NCBI GenBank assembly: GCA_051453625.1
Contig: JBOZIK010000001.1
Location: 41,109,519 to 41,171,717, forward strand
DNA length: 62,199 nt
From: Welwitschia mirabilis
Taxonomy: Eukaryota
Direction: 5' to 3'
Shown here: piece after piece, positions 25,469 to 39,089 of the stretch
Numbering within the stretch: the first letter of the stretch is position 1
Layout: every line of letters begins with the position of its first letter
Program-made: the position numbers and the translations under genes
Notes under the pieces: model-generated
The model's database searches: none
The model's input: only the letters and a program-made list of their open reading frames with translations
Told to the model about the DNA's origin: nothing

Positions 25469-26443
25469 ATGACTTCTTCTTAGCTAGGAGAGGGATTTAG
25501 GAAGAGAAGAAAGGAAGCTGTAGTCAAACCTTCCAGTTATATGTTCTCCAGGATGAGCACTGGGTAGCCTAGATACTATGAGAAGCATTTTGAGACAAGT
25601 CCCATTGCACTAGAGAGAACTTGTGAATCCATATAATTTCTTAGCCTCAAAGAGGCCCAGACTCTATTAGAAAAAGTAAAATAGGGTTATTTTCTTTATG
25701 TTTCTAGCATATGTTATCCTTTGAATACCAGGTTATTTTACTCGAATGCTAAGTATGATGTAGCCCGTTCTAATTTCATTAACTCTATTTTTGGTCAAGA
25801 AATGCGCATTACTATAGATCTTCTCTCACTAGCCTTCTAAGAGGGAACTGGAAAGAGTACTAGCCTATGGCAGAGTCTTTTGAAGAGAAGGACATAGCCA
25901 CTCACCATATGTGTGGCACATACATTACCTAGAAGAAGACCCTCAAAGCTTTCCAACTTCTTTTAAGATTTCTTATTCTGCATCTGATCATGTCATATAA
26001 CTTCCTCCCAGTTGTCCGTAATAGAGATAAACTCTCAAACTATCAGATCTATATCATGTATGCACTGGACCAGAGAAGAGACTTAAATGCTCCTGCAATC
26101 ATGCTTAAACATATGGTCAACCAGCTTCAGCCATACAAATGGCATGCCCTGCCCTATCCTTTCCTCATAACTCGAATTTGTTGTTACTTTGACATTCCTC
26201 ATCTTGCTAGGTAGGAGATTTAGAAGCCCATGGGGCCTATAGATCATGGCACGCTTTAGAATCTAATGCTCCTTCTAGGCCTAAGGTTAAGGCCTCTCAG
26301 ACCCTAGAAATCCTCCATATTTTGCATAGTATTGATTCAAGGACTTATTACATCAAGAAAGTCTTGATTACCAGTGAGACTCCAGTTGCTAATACATCTC
26401 AGTCTGAGGGTGCTCAGTCTTCTAAATATTCAGAGTTTGACTG
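25469..26443 (+). pseudogene. B env-like extra ORF (putative plant transposon protein domain)
   Basis: Lies between pol and the PPTs. YPLNTRLFYSN...; ORF 25990-26214 SYNFLP...IMYAL...LNAPAIMLKHM...LPYPFLITRICCYFDIP. Confidence 0.85.
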
Positions 26444-26744
26444 AATCTTTGTGTGTTTTTTTATGTCCTCTAGTATTTTTATATTCTCCTCATCCTTGAT
26501 CTCGTTAAAAAGGAGGAGTAAAATTTATAGCATCTTTGTATTACAAATTAGTCAAAATATAACTTTCACATGTAATGAAATTTTTAAGTAATATAAAAAA
26601 GCTTATTTTTGTGCAAATTTCTTCTAATTTTTTATATTTACAAAACTCGTTTAAATTTAATTATCTTTAAAGTTAAATGAGTTAGGGGGAGACCCTAGAT
26701 GTCAAATTATCATTTTTTTCTTAATCAATGACAAAGGGGGAGTT

Positions 26745-28023
26745 TATTGAGAACCCATTATTATTGATTAATTTAATGGGTTTTTGTAAGTTAGTCTTTT
26801 ATATAGGTAACTTCCAGCACTGGGTGACCGATTTATAAGATTAGACGACCGAATGATCAAGAACTGTAATACTATTTCAAAAGTGGGTGACTGCACATGA
26901 CATGCCTGATGACCGAACTAAGAAAACATAAGGAAGACCGTTTCAGACATGGGCGATCACCATCCGTACACGGGCGTCACATTTCAGTTAGTCAAATCAA
27001 ATCTCATAGCACAACAGGTGTCAAACGTATTCCTATGGGTGATCGCATCATAGGCAGTAAAATCTAACCTGATAGAAAGATGGGTAACTGACAAGATTTA
27101 TATAGGCGACCTCATATCACACAGTAAGAATCTATCTAATAGCAGTAAGGACGATCAACAGTTTCTATATGAGTGACCGCACGACAATCAGAAGGACATG
27201 AATCAGGTGACTTCAGGCCAACTGCATAAAATGAGATTAGGCGACCACATTCTACCAGGAATCTCCTCTCATAAGGTTAACCAGTTAAAAATGGTTAGGA
27301 CGATCTAACTAAGGGTGACCGATTATTTTTACAAGGGCAATTGAATTTGCATCATATCCTAAAAAATCTGCAATAAGAAAGGGCGACCAAATGTTAGAAT
27401 AAGGGTGACTGTAGTTGTGTTAGACCAAAGTTAATAAAACGTTGACCGTGTGATAGAAAAATGTAATCGTTATGAACACAATCGTTCATTAGCAAAAGCA
27501 CAATGGCTCCTCAGAAAATCACAATGGTTTAATTCTTTTTGAGGAAATNNNNNNNNNNNNNNNNNNNNNNNNNNNNNNNNNNNNNNNNNNNNNNNNNNNN
27601 NNNNNNNNNNNNNNNNNNNNNNNNNNNNNNNNNNNNNNNNNNNNNNNNNNNNNNNNNNNNNNNNNNNNNNNNNNNNNNNNNNNNNNNNNNNNNNNNNNNN
27701 NNNNNNNNNNNNNNNNNNNNNNNNNNNNNNNNNNNNNNNNNNNNNNNNNNNNNNNNNNNNNNNNNNNNNNNNNNNNNNNNNNNNNNNNNNNTTGAGGATA
27801 AGCCATAAAATCCTCATTAGTTGTGAAAGATTAATTGGTAAGCCTAAAAACCATTCTTGTAAGTGAATATATGCCAGCTAGGAGAAGGAGTCTACAAAGC
27901 TAAAGGGTGGTGTCTATTCACCATTAAATACCTTGTTTTAGTATTTTTTTATACTTATTATTTTTGTAGGTCATAAAGAAGAAGGGAACAGAACTTGAAA
28001 AATCTATTCACCCTCCTCTAGGG
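26745..28023 (+). repeat. B 3' LTR (contains an N gap; last ~17 bp missing)
   Basis: Follows AAAGGGGGAGTT and aligns with 18522-19783. Confidence 0.95.
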
Positions 28024-28656
28024 AATAGAATAGAACTTACAGTAGGATGTCATGGTAACCATGTTTTTGAGCTATCTCAAATATAAAACATCATGGCCTT
28101 AGTTCATCTATTTTTTTCCCACAAATGAATCAACATTCTACATAACCAAATACTTAAAAAGATAAAGGTAAATTAATAAGATAAAAAACAAAATAGAAAA
28201 TTCTTAAATAATATAAGACCTTTTCATCATTGAGAAAAACATAAAAAATAAAACATCTTCCTTTGGAGTAAAGTTCATAGATGTGTAAATTTTTTAAGAT
28301 TTGGTGAATCTAATCTTATCACTATAAAATTCCCAAGTTAAAGTCCAGTCATATAAATAAATATATAATTCATATTTTAAAGATGATCAAGTGACATTAT
28401 AATGTCTTTCAAAGAAAAAATATAAGAGAAAATTTAGATAATGGGAGGGAAGAAGTCCTCCTCTGATAGGAAAACCTCTAAAGCTACTGCTTCTATCATG
28501 TTTATAGCAAAGGTTTTCTCATATATTTTCAGCCTTTACCCATTAACTTTCTAAATTTCTTTAGTGGTTAAATTAGAAATCTCAACATAGCCATTGGAAT
28601 GTACTTTCTCAAAGATAAGATAAGGGCATAACCATTTGGAGATTAATTTATTGCTT

Positions 28657-31620
28657 AAAATAAAAATCAAAGACAAAAGCATAACAATTTTAAAATTGAA
28701 AGCAAATACTAAAGCAAAAATAAAAATAAATTTTAGTTAAATCCTTAAATTTATTCAACACTTTTATTAAAAAGAAAGAAAGAAATAAGGATTTCTTTAT
28801 AAAGTTATGGTATTAGGATATTGCATTCTTTCAGAAAAATAAGGATCAAACCAAATATTCACTAATTGATAAAACATAAAAAGTATACAATCATTTTTTA
28901 GTAAAATTAATTAGAGTAAGAGAGATTAAAATGGTAAAACTTTAATGGCACAAATTTAGGATTCAAGTAAGAGATAAAGAACTGATATGCATCATTAACA
29001 AATAATTTGTTATGAAAATATTATGGATCATGAGAATTATTATAAAATGCATGTGAGGAGGTACTCAAAGAAAGTATCCAAAATGATTTTGAAGGCACTT
29101 TAAAATATTTTATATCATTTGATTTAAGACATGGATTTTCAATAAGAAAATAAGGTTTTTTTCAATTAGCATGACCACATGACATTTTGTCTTCATAAGA
29201 TTTAGCAGTAATATAAGAGATAAAAAATTCAAATAACTCATGAAAAAATAATCTCTTATCAAACTTATGATATAAAGAAATTGGAATATATATTTCATTC
29301 AAAGCTTGATATTGAAAATGGGAGACATTAATGGTATAATTTGGGATCCAAGGATTTAAAAGAAACTTCATAGGTTGAATGATTAAGATATGTTTAACAT
29401 ATGTAAAACACTCCTTAACATTTAATTCTAAGAATGGATTTAGATCAAGAAGATAAGGTTTTCCCCAATTTATATTTCCAAGATATCCAATAAGGCTCAA
29501 AAACACATTCATTAAGCTATTTTTCTTCATTTTTCTTTCAATTTATTTAATAAACACAGAGAAATACTACCTTGTAAACAATGTTAATCATGTGTCTTTG
29601 ATTTGCTATGGTAAATGTCACTTCATGTTTTACATCACAGGTATCAATAAGTGACTCAGTAATATTATTCCCCCAAAACCATATGGATTGAAACCTATAG
29701 ACATATATTCACCCTATATGCTTTTATTAGTTACTTAACTTAAGTAACTACCTAAGCACATTGATAGAGCCAACTCTAATAAGAATTCTAATGTATTCAT
29801 TTGTAATTAAAATCAAAATAGATTAACTTAAAAATCAACTTCCCATATTTAGGTCAAAATCATCTAGTTTTAGCCCTTGCAAAAACAAATATATAGAAAA
29901 CTAACATAGCTCATTAGATTTTTAATGTGACATATATTAGAAAACTAATTCATGGGTAATTTGTAGTAGTGTCTTATCTATGATACAACCTAAATTCATT
30001 TAGGATTCAATTCTTCTTGGAATAAAAAAAAATATTTACAAATAATCTAGAACTCTAGGTTTTCTTTCATTCCTAATGTTATGAGAGTTATAGAGATTTA
30101 TATTCCTATTTTCATTTTGAAAATCTAAGATTATACAAGGGATTTGTATAAAGAATTCTCCACTTTTAATAGTCTAAATTTCATGACATCTTTGCCTAGT
30201 CACTACTTAGAAGATGAAGAATGCATGTTCAAAACCATGAGAGTCTAGCATCTTCATTAGAGCATTTGCAACATGGCTATTAGCAACATAGTTAAGAAAA
30301 GTAAATATAATAAATTTTAGATCCTTTATTATTAAGTCTTTAAATTCATTATGAATGTTCAATTTATTTAAGGAAAGAAACCTTTATCTAATAATTAGAT
30401 AAAACATTTCTTACAAATTATTGAAAGAAACCCTTACCTAGTAAGTGGATAAATGTACTCTCTCTAAATTTTTTAGGAAGTTAGAAATACCTTTTTTTAA
30501 AGAGTTATTGGTGAACTAAAATTAATGCATTGTTGATAATTGTAACTCTATATTTTCAAATCCTTTGAAAGGTATGTGTGCTACATCATCCACATTTACA
30601 CGTATAAGGACTAAGGTATAGTAGTAGTTTTATTTCTCTTATCATGTAAACATGAAAAACCATCTAAGTTATGTGTAATAAATTTAATAATTATCAGAGC
30701 AATGGAAGTACTATATGGAATGATATAACTAGGCTTTAGAAAAATTACAATGGAGAACTTAAAGCTTGTTTTCCATATTTAAGCCCTATTAGTAATCTGA
30801 AAAGGGTTAAACCAAAATATTTCCATCTTGTCTGATGACACCCTATTAATGTCATTAATCGATTTGGAATGGTAAAAGATTGGGGGTATTGATAAAAGCC
30901 AGACGCCTTGTATTTTAAATGAAGAATATCATCTACTATAAATTACATAGGAGAAGCAAATAAAAGATTCTATGATACCTCAAACTAGACAAACTAGCTC
31001 TATTCAGGAGGCAGCTTTATCTTCCACATATGGATTAAGTGTTAAGAGTTTAAGAGGAAATCAACATCCCTTTGTTAATAGTTTAGACACTCAAATATAT
31101 TTTAAAAGCATAATAAATATTGTTCTTCAAATTTCCTTTAAACTCTTCTGTATTATTTATGTATAATATATTATCATTCATGATTATTTCCATTTTGAAG
31201 TTAAAAACATTTTTGTATCATTAATAACATTTTCATTTCTTTGTCATAATTCATACTCATAGTTTTGGTGATTCTTAATGGATTTGTAAAACCTGCAGAT
31301 TTCTTTGAGGTCAAGAGAATTTGTAATATCATAAGGATTATAGGTTACCTATACACTTCCTAACATTCATTTACATCCTCAAGATGAGTTATTCAAAAAA
31401 TTTATACATGGATAAATAGTAAGACTATTCATTTTTTATAAATATTTATTAATTACTTGTTTGACAAAATTATAATATTAAAAGATAGAAAAGAAACTAA
31501 TCAAACATAACCAAATTGGATTATCCTCTTCATGTTGCACACACATATCTAAAGGAAAACTTTGAACTATATTCTAAAATAATTGTTTCTCATCTTTAAA
31601 AGAATTAAAGAGAGGTCTAT
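28657..31620 (-). mobile_element. Probable L1-like LINE relic, heavily decayed with internal deletions
   Basis: - strand remnants in LINE order: endonuclease end (RVSSDK...FKFS..FLKP, ~30735-30850), RT (ALMKMLDSHGF, ~30230-30270) and post-RT (FLLNPWIP...EDKMS, ORF 29162-29530). Motifs are weak. Confidence 0.5.
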
Positions 31621-31767
31621 CTAAAATTGGTGAATATTATTTACATAAAACATTATTTATATAATATCACATGAACATTATATAATGTTTACTTACATAC
31701 ACATTATTTATGTTTATAATTTACATAATGTTCATTTTTACATAATGTTTATTTTTTTAAAAGACAT

Positions 31768-31803
<36 letters not shown>
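31768..31803. repeat. (TA)n(CA)n microsatellite, repeated at 32312-32334 across a gap
   Basis: Direct reading. Confidence 0.95.
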
Positions 31804-33105
31804 TACACTCTCTTATATATGTTTGTTTTTATTTATGTAAAAGAAATTTTTTNNNNNNNNNNNNNNNNNNNNNNNNNNNNNNNNNNNNNNNNNNNNNNNN
31901 NNNNNNNNNNNNNNNNNNNNNNNNNNNNNNNNNNNNNNNNNNNNNNNNNNNNNNNNNNNNNNNNNNNNNNNNNNNNNNNNNNNNNNNNNNNNNNNNNNNN
32001 NNNNNNNNNNNNNNNNNNNNNNNNNNNNNNNNNNNNNNNNNNNNNNNNNNNNNNNNNNNNNNNNNNNNNNNNNNNNNNNNNNNNNNNNNNNNNNNNNNNN
32101 NNNNNNNNNNNNNNNNNNNNNNNNNNNNNNNNNNNNNNNNNNNNNNNNNNNNNNNNNNNNNNNNNNNNNNNNNNNNNNNNNNNNNNNNNNNNNNNNNNNN
32201 NNNNNNNNNNNNNNNNNNNNNNNNNNNNNNNNNNNNNNNNNNNNNNNNNNNNNNNNNNNNNNNNNNNNNNNNNNNNNNNNNNNNNNNNNNNNNNNNNNNN
32301 NNNNNNNNNNNTATATATATATATATATACACACCCATACACTCTCTTATATATGTTTGTTTTTATTTATGTAAAAGAAATTTTTTTAAATGTTTATTTA
32401 AATATATTATAAACCCAGTTAGCATAGCTTGTCAGTAAAGTAATGTCCTATCTTACATAATTTAGTTTTGATTAAAAAGAACATGTTATTTATTTTCCAC
32501 TATTTTTAGTTAGGCTATATTATTTTTTGACTATCAAAACATTCAAACTTCTTCCTTGGTGAAAGATCCTGGTTCTCATAATCATTTTATTTGTATCCTT
32601 TATGTTTAGCTAGGCAAATTGGTTATTATAAATGCATTTATCATTTCCATCTTAGATCTTAGGTAGGCTTTATCTTAATTATACTTTAGTTGTAAAGCAT
32701 TTAGAATATCTTAGAACATGGAACCACTAATTAATAGAGCCAAGTTTGCATTAGTAAGATAGCTCAAATTTTTAATGTTATTAGGTTTTGCTAGTATTTT
32801 ATAGCCATGAAATTATTATGTGCTATTTTATACCCTACTAATGTATGAGAATTTNNNNNNNNNNNNNNNNNNNNNNNNNNNNNNNNNNNNNNNNNNNNNN
32901 NNNNNNNNNNNNNNNNNNNNNNNNNNNNNNNNNNNNNNNNNNNNNNNNNNNNNNTGAGAATTTTGTTTTTCTTTTTCATCAATATATATCGTACTAGCTT
33001 TTCTTCACTACATTTGAGAAATCATATTAACATAGAGATATAATAGTAAAAACCTAAGCTTCTTTTAGATATTTTGAGGATGAAACCTATTAAGGGATGG
33101 AGTAA

Positions 33106-34962
33106 TATCATGTCCAGACTTTTGAGATTCAAAGACTTAGCCTAAAAAATTATAAATTTTATTGATATGGGATTCATAAGCTAAATTAATTATTATATGT
33201 ATTATTACTATCATTTAGATATAGTTATATTATGAAAAATTTATGCTATAGCTTTTTTTTTTTTTTAAGTTCTTTCATTTTAATAGCTGTTATGTTATTC
33301 TTGTTATAAATTCTTGGTAATTAATCATGATCTTTTATGACTAAGATAGTGGTTAAAGTAGTGGTCATGTTAGTAGATAAGTTAGTGGTTATTATTTTCT
33401 TTGTTTAATAGTTATACATTTTCTTTGTTTAAACATGGAAATTATATTCATAATGTGGTTCATTTTCTTATTTTAATAAATGCATTATTGTTGTTATTAT
33501 TATTATTAGTAGTAACATTAGGATGAAATATTATGCACCCCATGACCTAACAAGGTAATGGAATTCCCACCACTTCCACCATACTACTTACACCACCTCC
33601 ACCACCTTCACCACTTCCACAATGTACCATATTTTACCACCTCTTTTAATGATAAAATATTTTCATATTCTCATGTATTTTCATCTACTTCATTCTCTGC
33701 TATAAATAAGAACTTCCTTCGCTCTTATTTCATATCTTGAAAAAGCTTTTGGATTTTGGTAACTTTAATCTTGGAGCTTGGAAAAGCCTTAGAATGATAA
33801 AATGTTGAATTTTTAGATGTCTTCAAATCTTCATCCTAATTTCAGTATGGTTTTGTGGTCATTCATTTTTGTATGATTTTGGCTTGGTGTACCTTCTTAT
33901 ATGATTTATGTTTTATATAGTCTTTACTCATTTTTTGCATTTCCTTCTGTTTTGTCATGTTTGCATCCTTTTTTATTTATTTCATACTATTGAAAGCCTA
34001 TAATTCATATTCATAAATCATGCACTATATGTCATGAATTACTTAGGATTATTCCATCTTGACGCCCTTCCCATAATCATTTGAGATAGTAACTTTTATT
34101 GACTTATATTGGTATATTCTAATTTATTGAAAACTTTCTTTAGAAAGTAAAGAAAGTAGACGAGTCCCTTCTAGATGTGTTAGATTATAATAAATTACCT
34201 TTAAAGAGTAAAAGGAACTAGATGAGATCCCCTTTGGATATTATGCATGCAAATTACTATTAATTACCTTTAAAGAGTAAAGGGAGTAGATGGGACCCCT
34301 TTAGATAATTGCAACTAGATAGTTTTGAAAATTTTATTTTGTTCATATCTTGTAATGCACTTTGAATTATTGATAGTATGTCTTGGACTATTGGTACTAA
34401 ATTCTTAGTCACATATTAATTTTCCTCGAAATCCTATATTTTCCTTGAAATCCCTTATCTAAGCCTTGTCATAAACCATACTAGGAACTGTGAAGGTTAC
34501 AGTTCTTATGCCATGCTTGCATGTGAAAGACCTATTATGAAGAAGGCCTTTGAATGAGTTAGCTATTGTAGTTTGGATTGAATACTATTTTCATTTCATT
34601 CTTGATGTTTATATGCATGAAGTTAAAGGACTTGGATTCCTAAACAATCTATATTAATCTTGTAAAAAACGACTTGCACTCAAATTTACTTTCAAGGATA
34701 TGCATATACTTTTATAATTATCTTTTCTTTCTTGAAAGGTTTTGAATATTTAAATTATTTGAAATTCGAGAGTTATATTTATGAATTATGGTATTTATGT
34801 GCTTTAAATTGGCCATAAATTGTTATTATCAATGGAACTAGATAATTTTTCTTAATATCTAATTAGAAAGTTTTAAAAGTAGAAATTTGTTTGATCATCA
34901 TTTTCTTGAATAACTAAAACATAACATAGGAGGATATTTATCATAAAATTCTATACATTACA
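33106..34962 (+). repeat. Tekay/Del-like LTR
   Basis: Starts TATCATGTCC (decayed TGTCACG-type) and ends ...CATTACA. CTATAAATA at ~33700. Preceded by TTTTGAGGATGAAA...TAAGGGATGGAGTAA and followed by PBS TGGTATTAGAGC (34966-34977). Confidence 0.65.
34132..34306. repeat. Three-copy tandem repeat, ~65-bp period, inside the LTR
   Basis: ATTACCTTTAAAGAGTAAARGGARYTAGATGRG..CCCYTT.GATA at ~34132, 34194 and 34264. Confidence 0.85.
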
Positions 34963-37900
34963 TTTTGGTATTAGAGCGTTATCATGTAGAAGTTTTTAGA
35001 TATTAGAAAGAGAGGACAACATAGCTTATGGTCTTATGAGTTTCAAGTTTTAAAAAGCACTAAAGATGCATACTCCAAACTTACAAAAACCATGAGAGAT
35101 GCTGCAAGAAATTCCATTACACAGAGCAAGCCTAAAAGGGATTGCAAAAAGAAAAATAAGGTAGCTTTCATGTATGATTCAAAAGCAAAGAATGCTTTTT
35201 ACTTAGCTTATACAATTAAGAAATTAAATAGAATAGCCAGATGCAAAATGGCACAAGAGATATGGAATGTTCTAGTAAGGACATATGAAGGAATCTATGT
35301 CATCAAGAAATCAAAACTTCTTATTTGGATAAATCAGTTTGAAAATCTTAAGATGAACAATGATGAGAGAGTTCATGAATATTTCACAAGAGTTTTTAAC
35401 ATTGTAAATTTTATATATGATATCAGTAAAAGTATTCCTAAGTAAAGGTAATCCAAAAAATTGTTAGATCCTTAACTTTATAATACAAGTCTAAGATAAT
35501 AGCCATGGAAGAATCAATAGATTTTAACTCGATAAAGATTGAAGAATTACAAGTGCTTTGATACTTCACGAGATAAATCTCATTCAAGATGCTACTTTAA
35601 AATAAAAGTACATTGCTCTTAAAGCTAGTGAAAGAATAAAATAAGGTTTAAAAGAAAAAATAAAGGAATAATTAGAAGGAGATAAATCTAGAGATGATAT
35701 GGATGAAGAACTTTCTCTCATCATAAGACAAGTCAAAAAAATGTCTTTTACAGAAGAATAACAAAAAAAGAATAATAAGAAATTATTTGATTTCAAGCTA
35801 GAGGTAAGTCTAAAGGTAAGAATTCTAATAGTCCTTCATTTTCTTCTAAGACTGGTATTTCCAAGTTAGAACATTAGGTTTGTAAAGCATGAGAATACAT
35901 AGCCTTAGAATGTCCTAGTTTTAATAGAATACACAAAAAAGCATAAAAGAAAGAACCAAACAAAAAAAAAAAAAAGATATTTCTTCAGAGAATGGGATGA
36001 TGATGAAGATGTAACTGAGATACAAACATCTAATGACAAAAAAGTTTATTCATCCTACATGGTCATTGTACACATTCAAAATAAAAGTGATGAAAAAAGA
36101 AAGAATATAAGAAAGAATCTAAATTAGAAAGTGAAGGTAAAACAACTATGAATCTTTAAGATAGGTATGAATTAACCTCTAAAGAATTATTAAGTTGCAA
36201 AAGGTATAGGCTAAAATGAAAAAATTACTTCATTCCTCATGAATTAGCATATGAAAAAGAAAAAGATTCTTGTAATAGGTTATCATCTAAAAATGCAGCT
36301 CTTAAAGATAAGGTTTAAAAACTAATGGATGAGTTAAAGCAGTTAGATAGGAACTTTTTGACTTAAAAAGAATTAATAAGAAGTTTACCTAAGAAATATG
36401 ACATTAAAAATCATGCTTAAATAACACATAAAGTGGTTTGGATTACAATGAAGCCTCCACTAGTACTTCAACTTCCTTGATCAACAAATGGAACTACAAA
36501 TCAAGCAACAAGCATTGAGTATATAAATACTATGATCTGTTATTACTACTATAAATGAGATCATTATCAATTTAATTATCCAATAAAATTAAAAAATATA
36601 TATTACATTAGAAATGCCAAAAGCCAAAAAATCATGGTATAATGTTTTGTGTGATTTAAGCTAAAGAAAATAGGGATTCAAAAATCAAGGCCGCCTCTAT
36701 TAGCACATATTGCACTATGAACAGTAAAGCAACATGCTTGGTACATTGACATTGAATGTTTAAGTCATATGATAAGAGACAAATATAGTTTTACCACCTT
36801 AACATAGTAAGACAAAGAATCAATCACTTTGGATATAACATAAAAGCACATACCAAAGGTATTAAGACAATTAAAGGAGGTAACATATCTAAGGTAAAAG
36901 ATGTTTTCTTTATAAAACATTTGTAACATAATGTTTTAACTTTAACTATGTAATGTAAACTTTTCTATTACTGTATCAAAGATAATTGTATTATTAAATA
37001 ATATAACTCAGCCAAAGTATTATTTTCTAGTATTAGAAAATCAAATGTTTATATCACTACTCTATAAGATATTTCTAATAAGGAAACCAAGTATTTATTA
37101 AGTACTACAAGTAAAACAAAGCTATGAAACAAGAAGCTTAAACATGTAAATAAATACCTACTAAAAATGTTATGCATAAAAGAAATGATAAGAGAACTTC
37201 CCAAAATAAAAAGCACTAATAATCACATTTTTGAAGCATGAAAAAAAAAGTAAATAAGGGCAACATTTGGTAAGAAATATACTGTTACAACTAAATTTCC
37301 TTTAGATCTTTTATATATTAATATTGTTGGTCATCTTCTAGAAAATGTCTTGGTAAGAAAAGATACTATTTAACTTTTTTGATTACTACTCTTAATTTAC
37401 ATAGGTATCCTTTCTTACACATAAGGATGAGGTATTTGATATTTTCTCTAAGCTATGCATTAGGTTACAAAACCAAAAGACATACAAGATCAATATGATA
37501 AGAAGTGAAAATAACAATAAATTTAAAAAGTTAAAGTTTAGAGATTTTTGTAAATAGTTTAGCATTCTCCACTAATTCCTTATACTAAGAACTCCCCAAT
37601 AAATTGGAGTGGCTAAAAGAAAGAATAAAGTACTAAATGAACTAGAAAGAACAATGATGTATGATAATCAGGTTTCTTATCCTTTTTGGGCAGAAGCCAT
37701 CAACACTACTTGTTACATTTCAATTTAAGTTCTCATAAGACCTTTCACTTCTAAAAAGTCATATGAACTATAGTCTAGTAAAAAACCATTTGTAAGTTAT
37801 TTTAATATATTTGAGTTAAAATGTTTTATCTTAAATGAAAAGGATAAGTTAAGAAAATTTAATTCAAAAGTTAATGGTAATAGTTTTAAGGATATTCTAT

Positions 37901-39089
37901 GGTTAGTAAATCCTACTAACTATTCAACGAAAAAACTTGTGTAGTAGAGAAAATCATAAATGTCAAAACAAGTGATATTGACCCAACTTTTATATTTGTG
38001 TAAGATGACTATATTCCTATGTAGATTGATCAATCGTCTAGCCATCTTAAAGTTTAATTAGTTAGTGGAAAGGAAAAAGAAGAAGAAACTGATAAATAAA
38101 ATCCTTGAAACATGATCAAGCTAAAAAGAAGTCATTCTACAAGAAATACAAGTGGTAGTTCTTATGAAAGTATTTAAACATGAAGCCATACTAAGGAATT
38201 TTATGGATTTATAGCTTATATCTCACAAGTAAAATCCAAACATTTTAATGAAGATAAGAGTGATGAACATTGGATGATAGTCATGCAAGAGGAGCTACTA
38301 AATCATGTAATAAAACTAATATTAGTATAAATTAAATTTTTAAAAATANNNNNNNNNNCAAATGAAAATGGTAATATGACTAGAAGTAAAGCACGATTAG
38401 TAGTAAAACCATACAATCAATAAAAAGAAATAGATTTTGAAGAAACCTTTCATCAATAGCACATATAAAATCAGTAAGGATGCTTTTAGATTTTTCTTGT
38501 GTGAAAGGATTCAAACTCTATCAAATGGATGTTAAAAATGAATTTTTAATTTGAGTACTTCAAGAGGAAGTACATGTTGAGAAATCAAAAGGTTTCATAA
38601 ATTTGCATAATTTAGGCTATGCTTATAAATTGAAAATGCCTTTTTATGGTTTCAAGCAAGCACCCAAACTTGGTACAAAAAGTTATCTAGTCATCTAATA
38701 GAAAATAGATTCAAATAAGCACATCTTACATTACATTATTTATTAAAGTAGATGGTAAGGATTTTATTATTATGAAAATGCATATAGATGATATTATTTT
38801 TAAAGGTACTAAAAAATTATTATGTAAGACCTTTGCTAAGATAGTATAAGAATGAGTTTGAAATAAGTCTCATGGGAGAGATAAGAAATATCTTTGGGTT
38901 ACTAGTTATATGTTACATTATCAACTTACATGTATTTGATAGGGTATTTTGAGTAGTCGTGCAGGATATTAGATAGGTTTATGCTGGATTTCTATGATAA
39001 TGGAGAGTTGAGATGACAAATACAAAAACATACAATATTCATGATATTTTACAACATTTAAAGTAGTTTACAATATTTCCTATTTTGAA

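Larger units (their letters stand above)
18522..28023 (+). mobile_element. B: Ty1/copia Sirevirus with env-like ORF
   Basis: LTR pair, PBS, full gag-pol, extra ORF, three PPTs (~26507, 26683, 26733) and an inverted repeat flanking the last PPT. Confidence 0.95.
16125..28656 (-). mobile_element. G3: Athila-like element 3' half (LTR, PPT, 3' non-coding region, integrase C-terminus), interrupted by copia B
   Basis: The conserved 3' block is split across B (18431-18521 | 28035-28065). Integrase end SNKLISKWLCPY...VHSNGYVEI...KVNG*RLKIY at ~28520-28656. Confidence 0.85.

Noticed and set aside
33558..33740. His/Pro-rich (or Gly-rich antisense) small protein
   Set aside because: Low-complexity CCA repeats just upstream of an LTR TATA box, with no other coding support.
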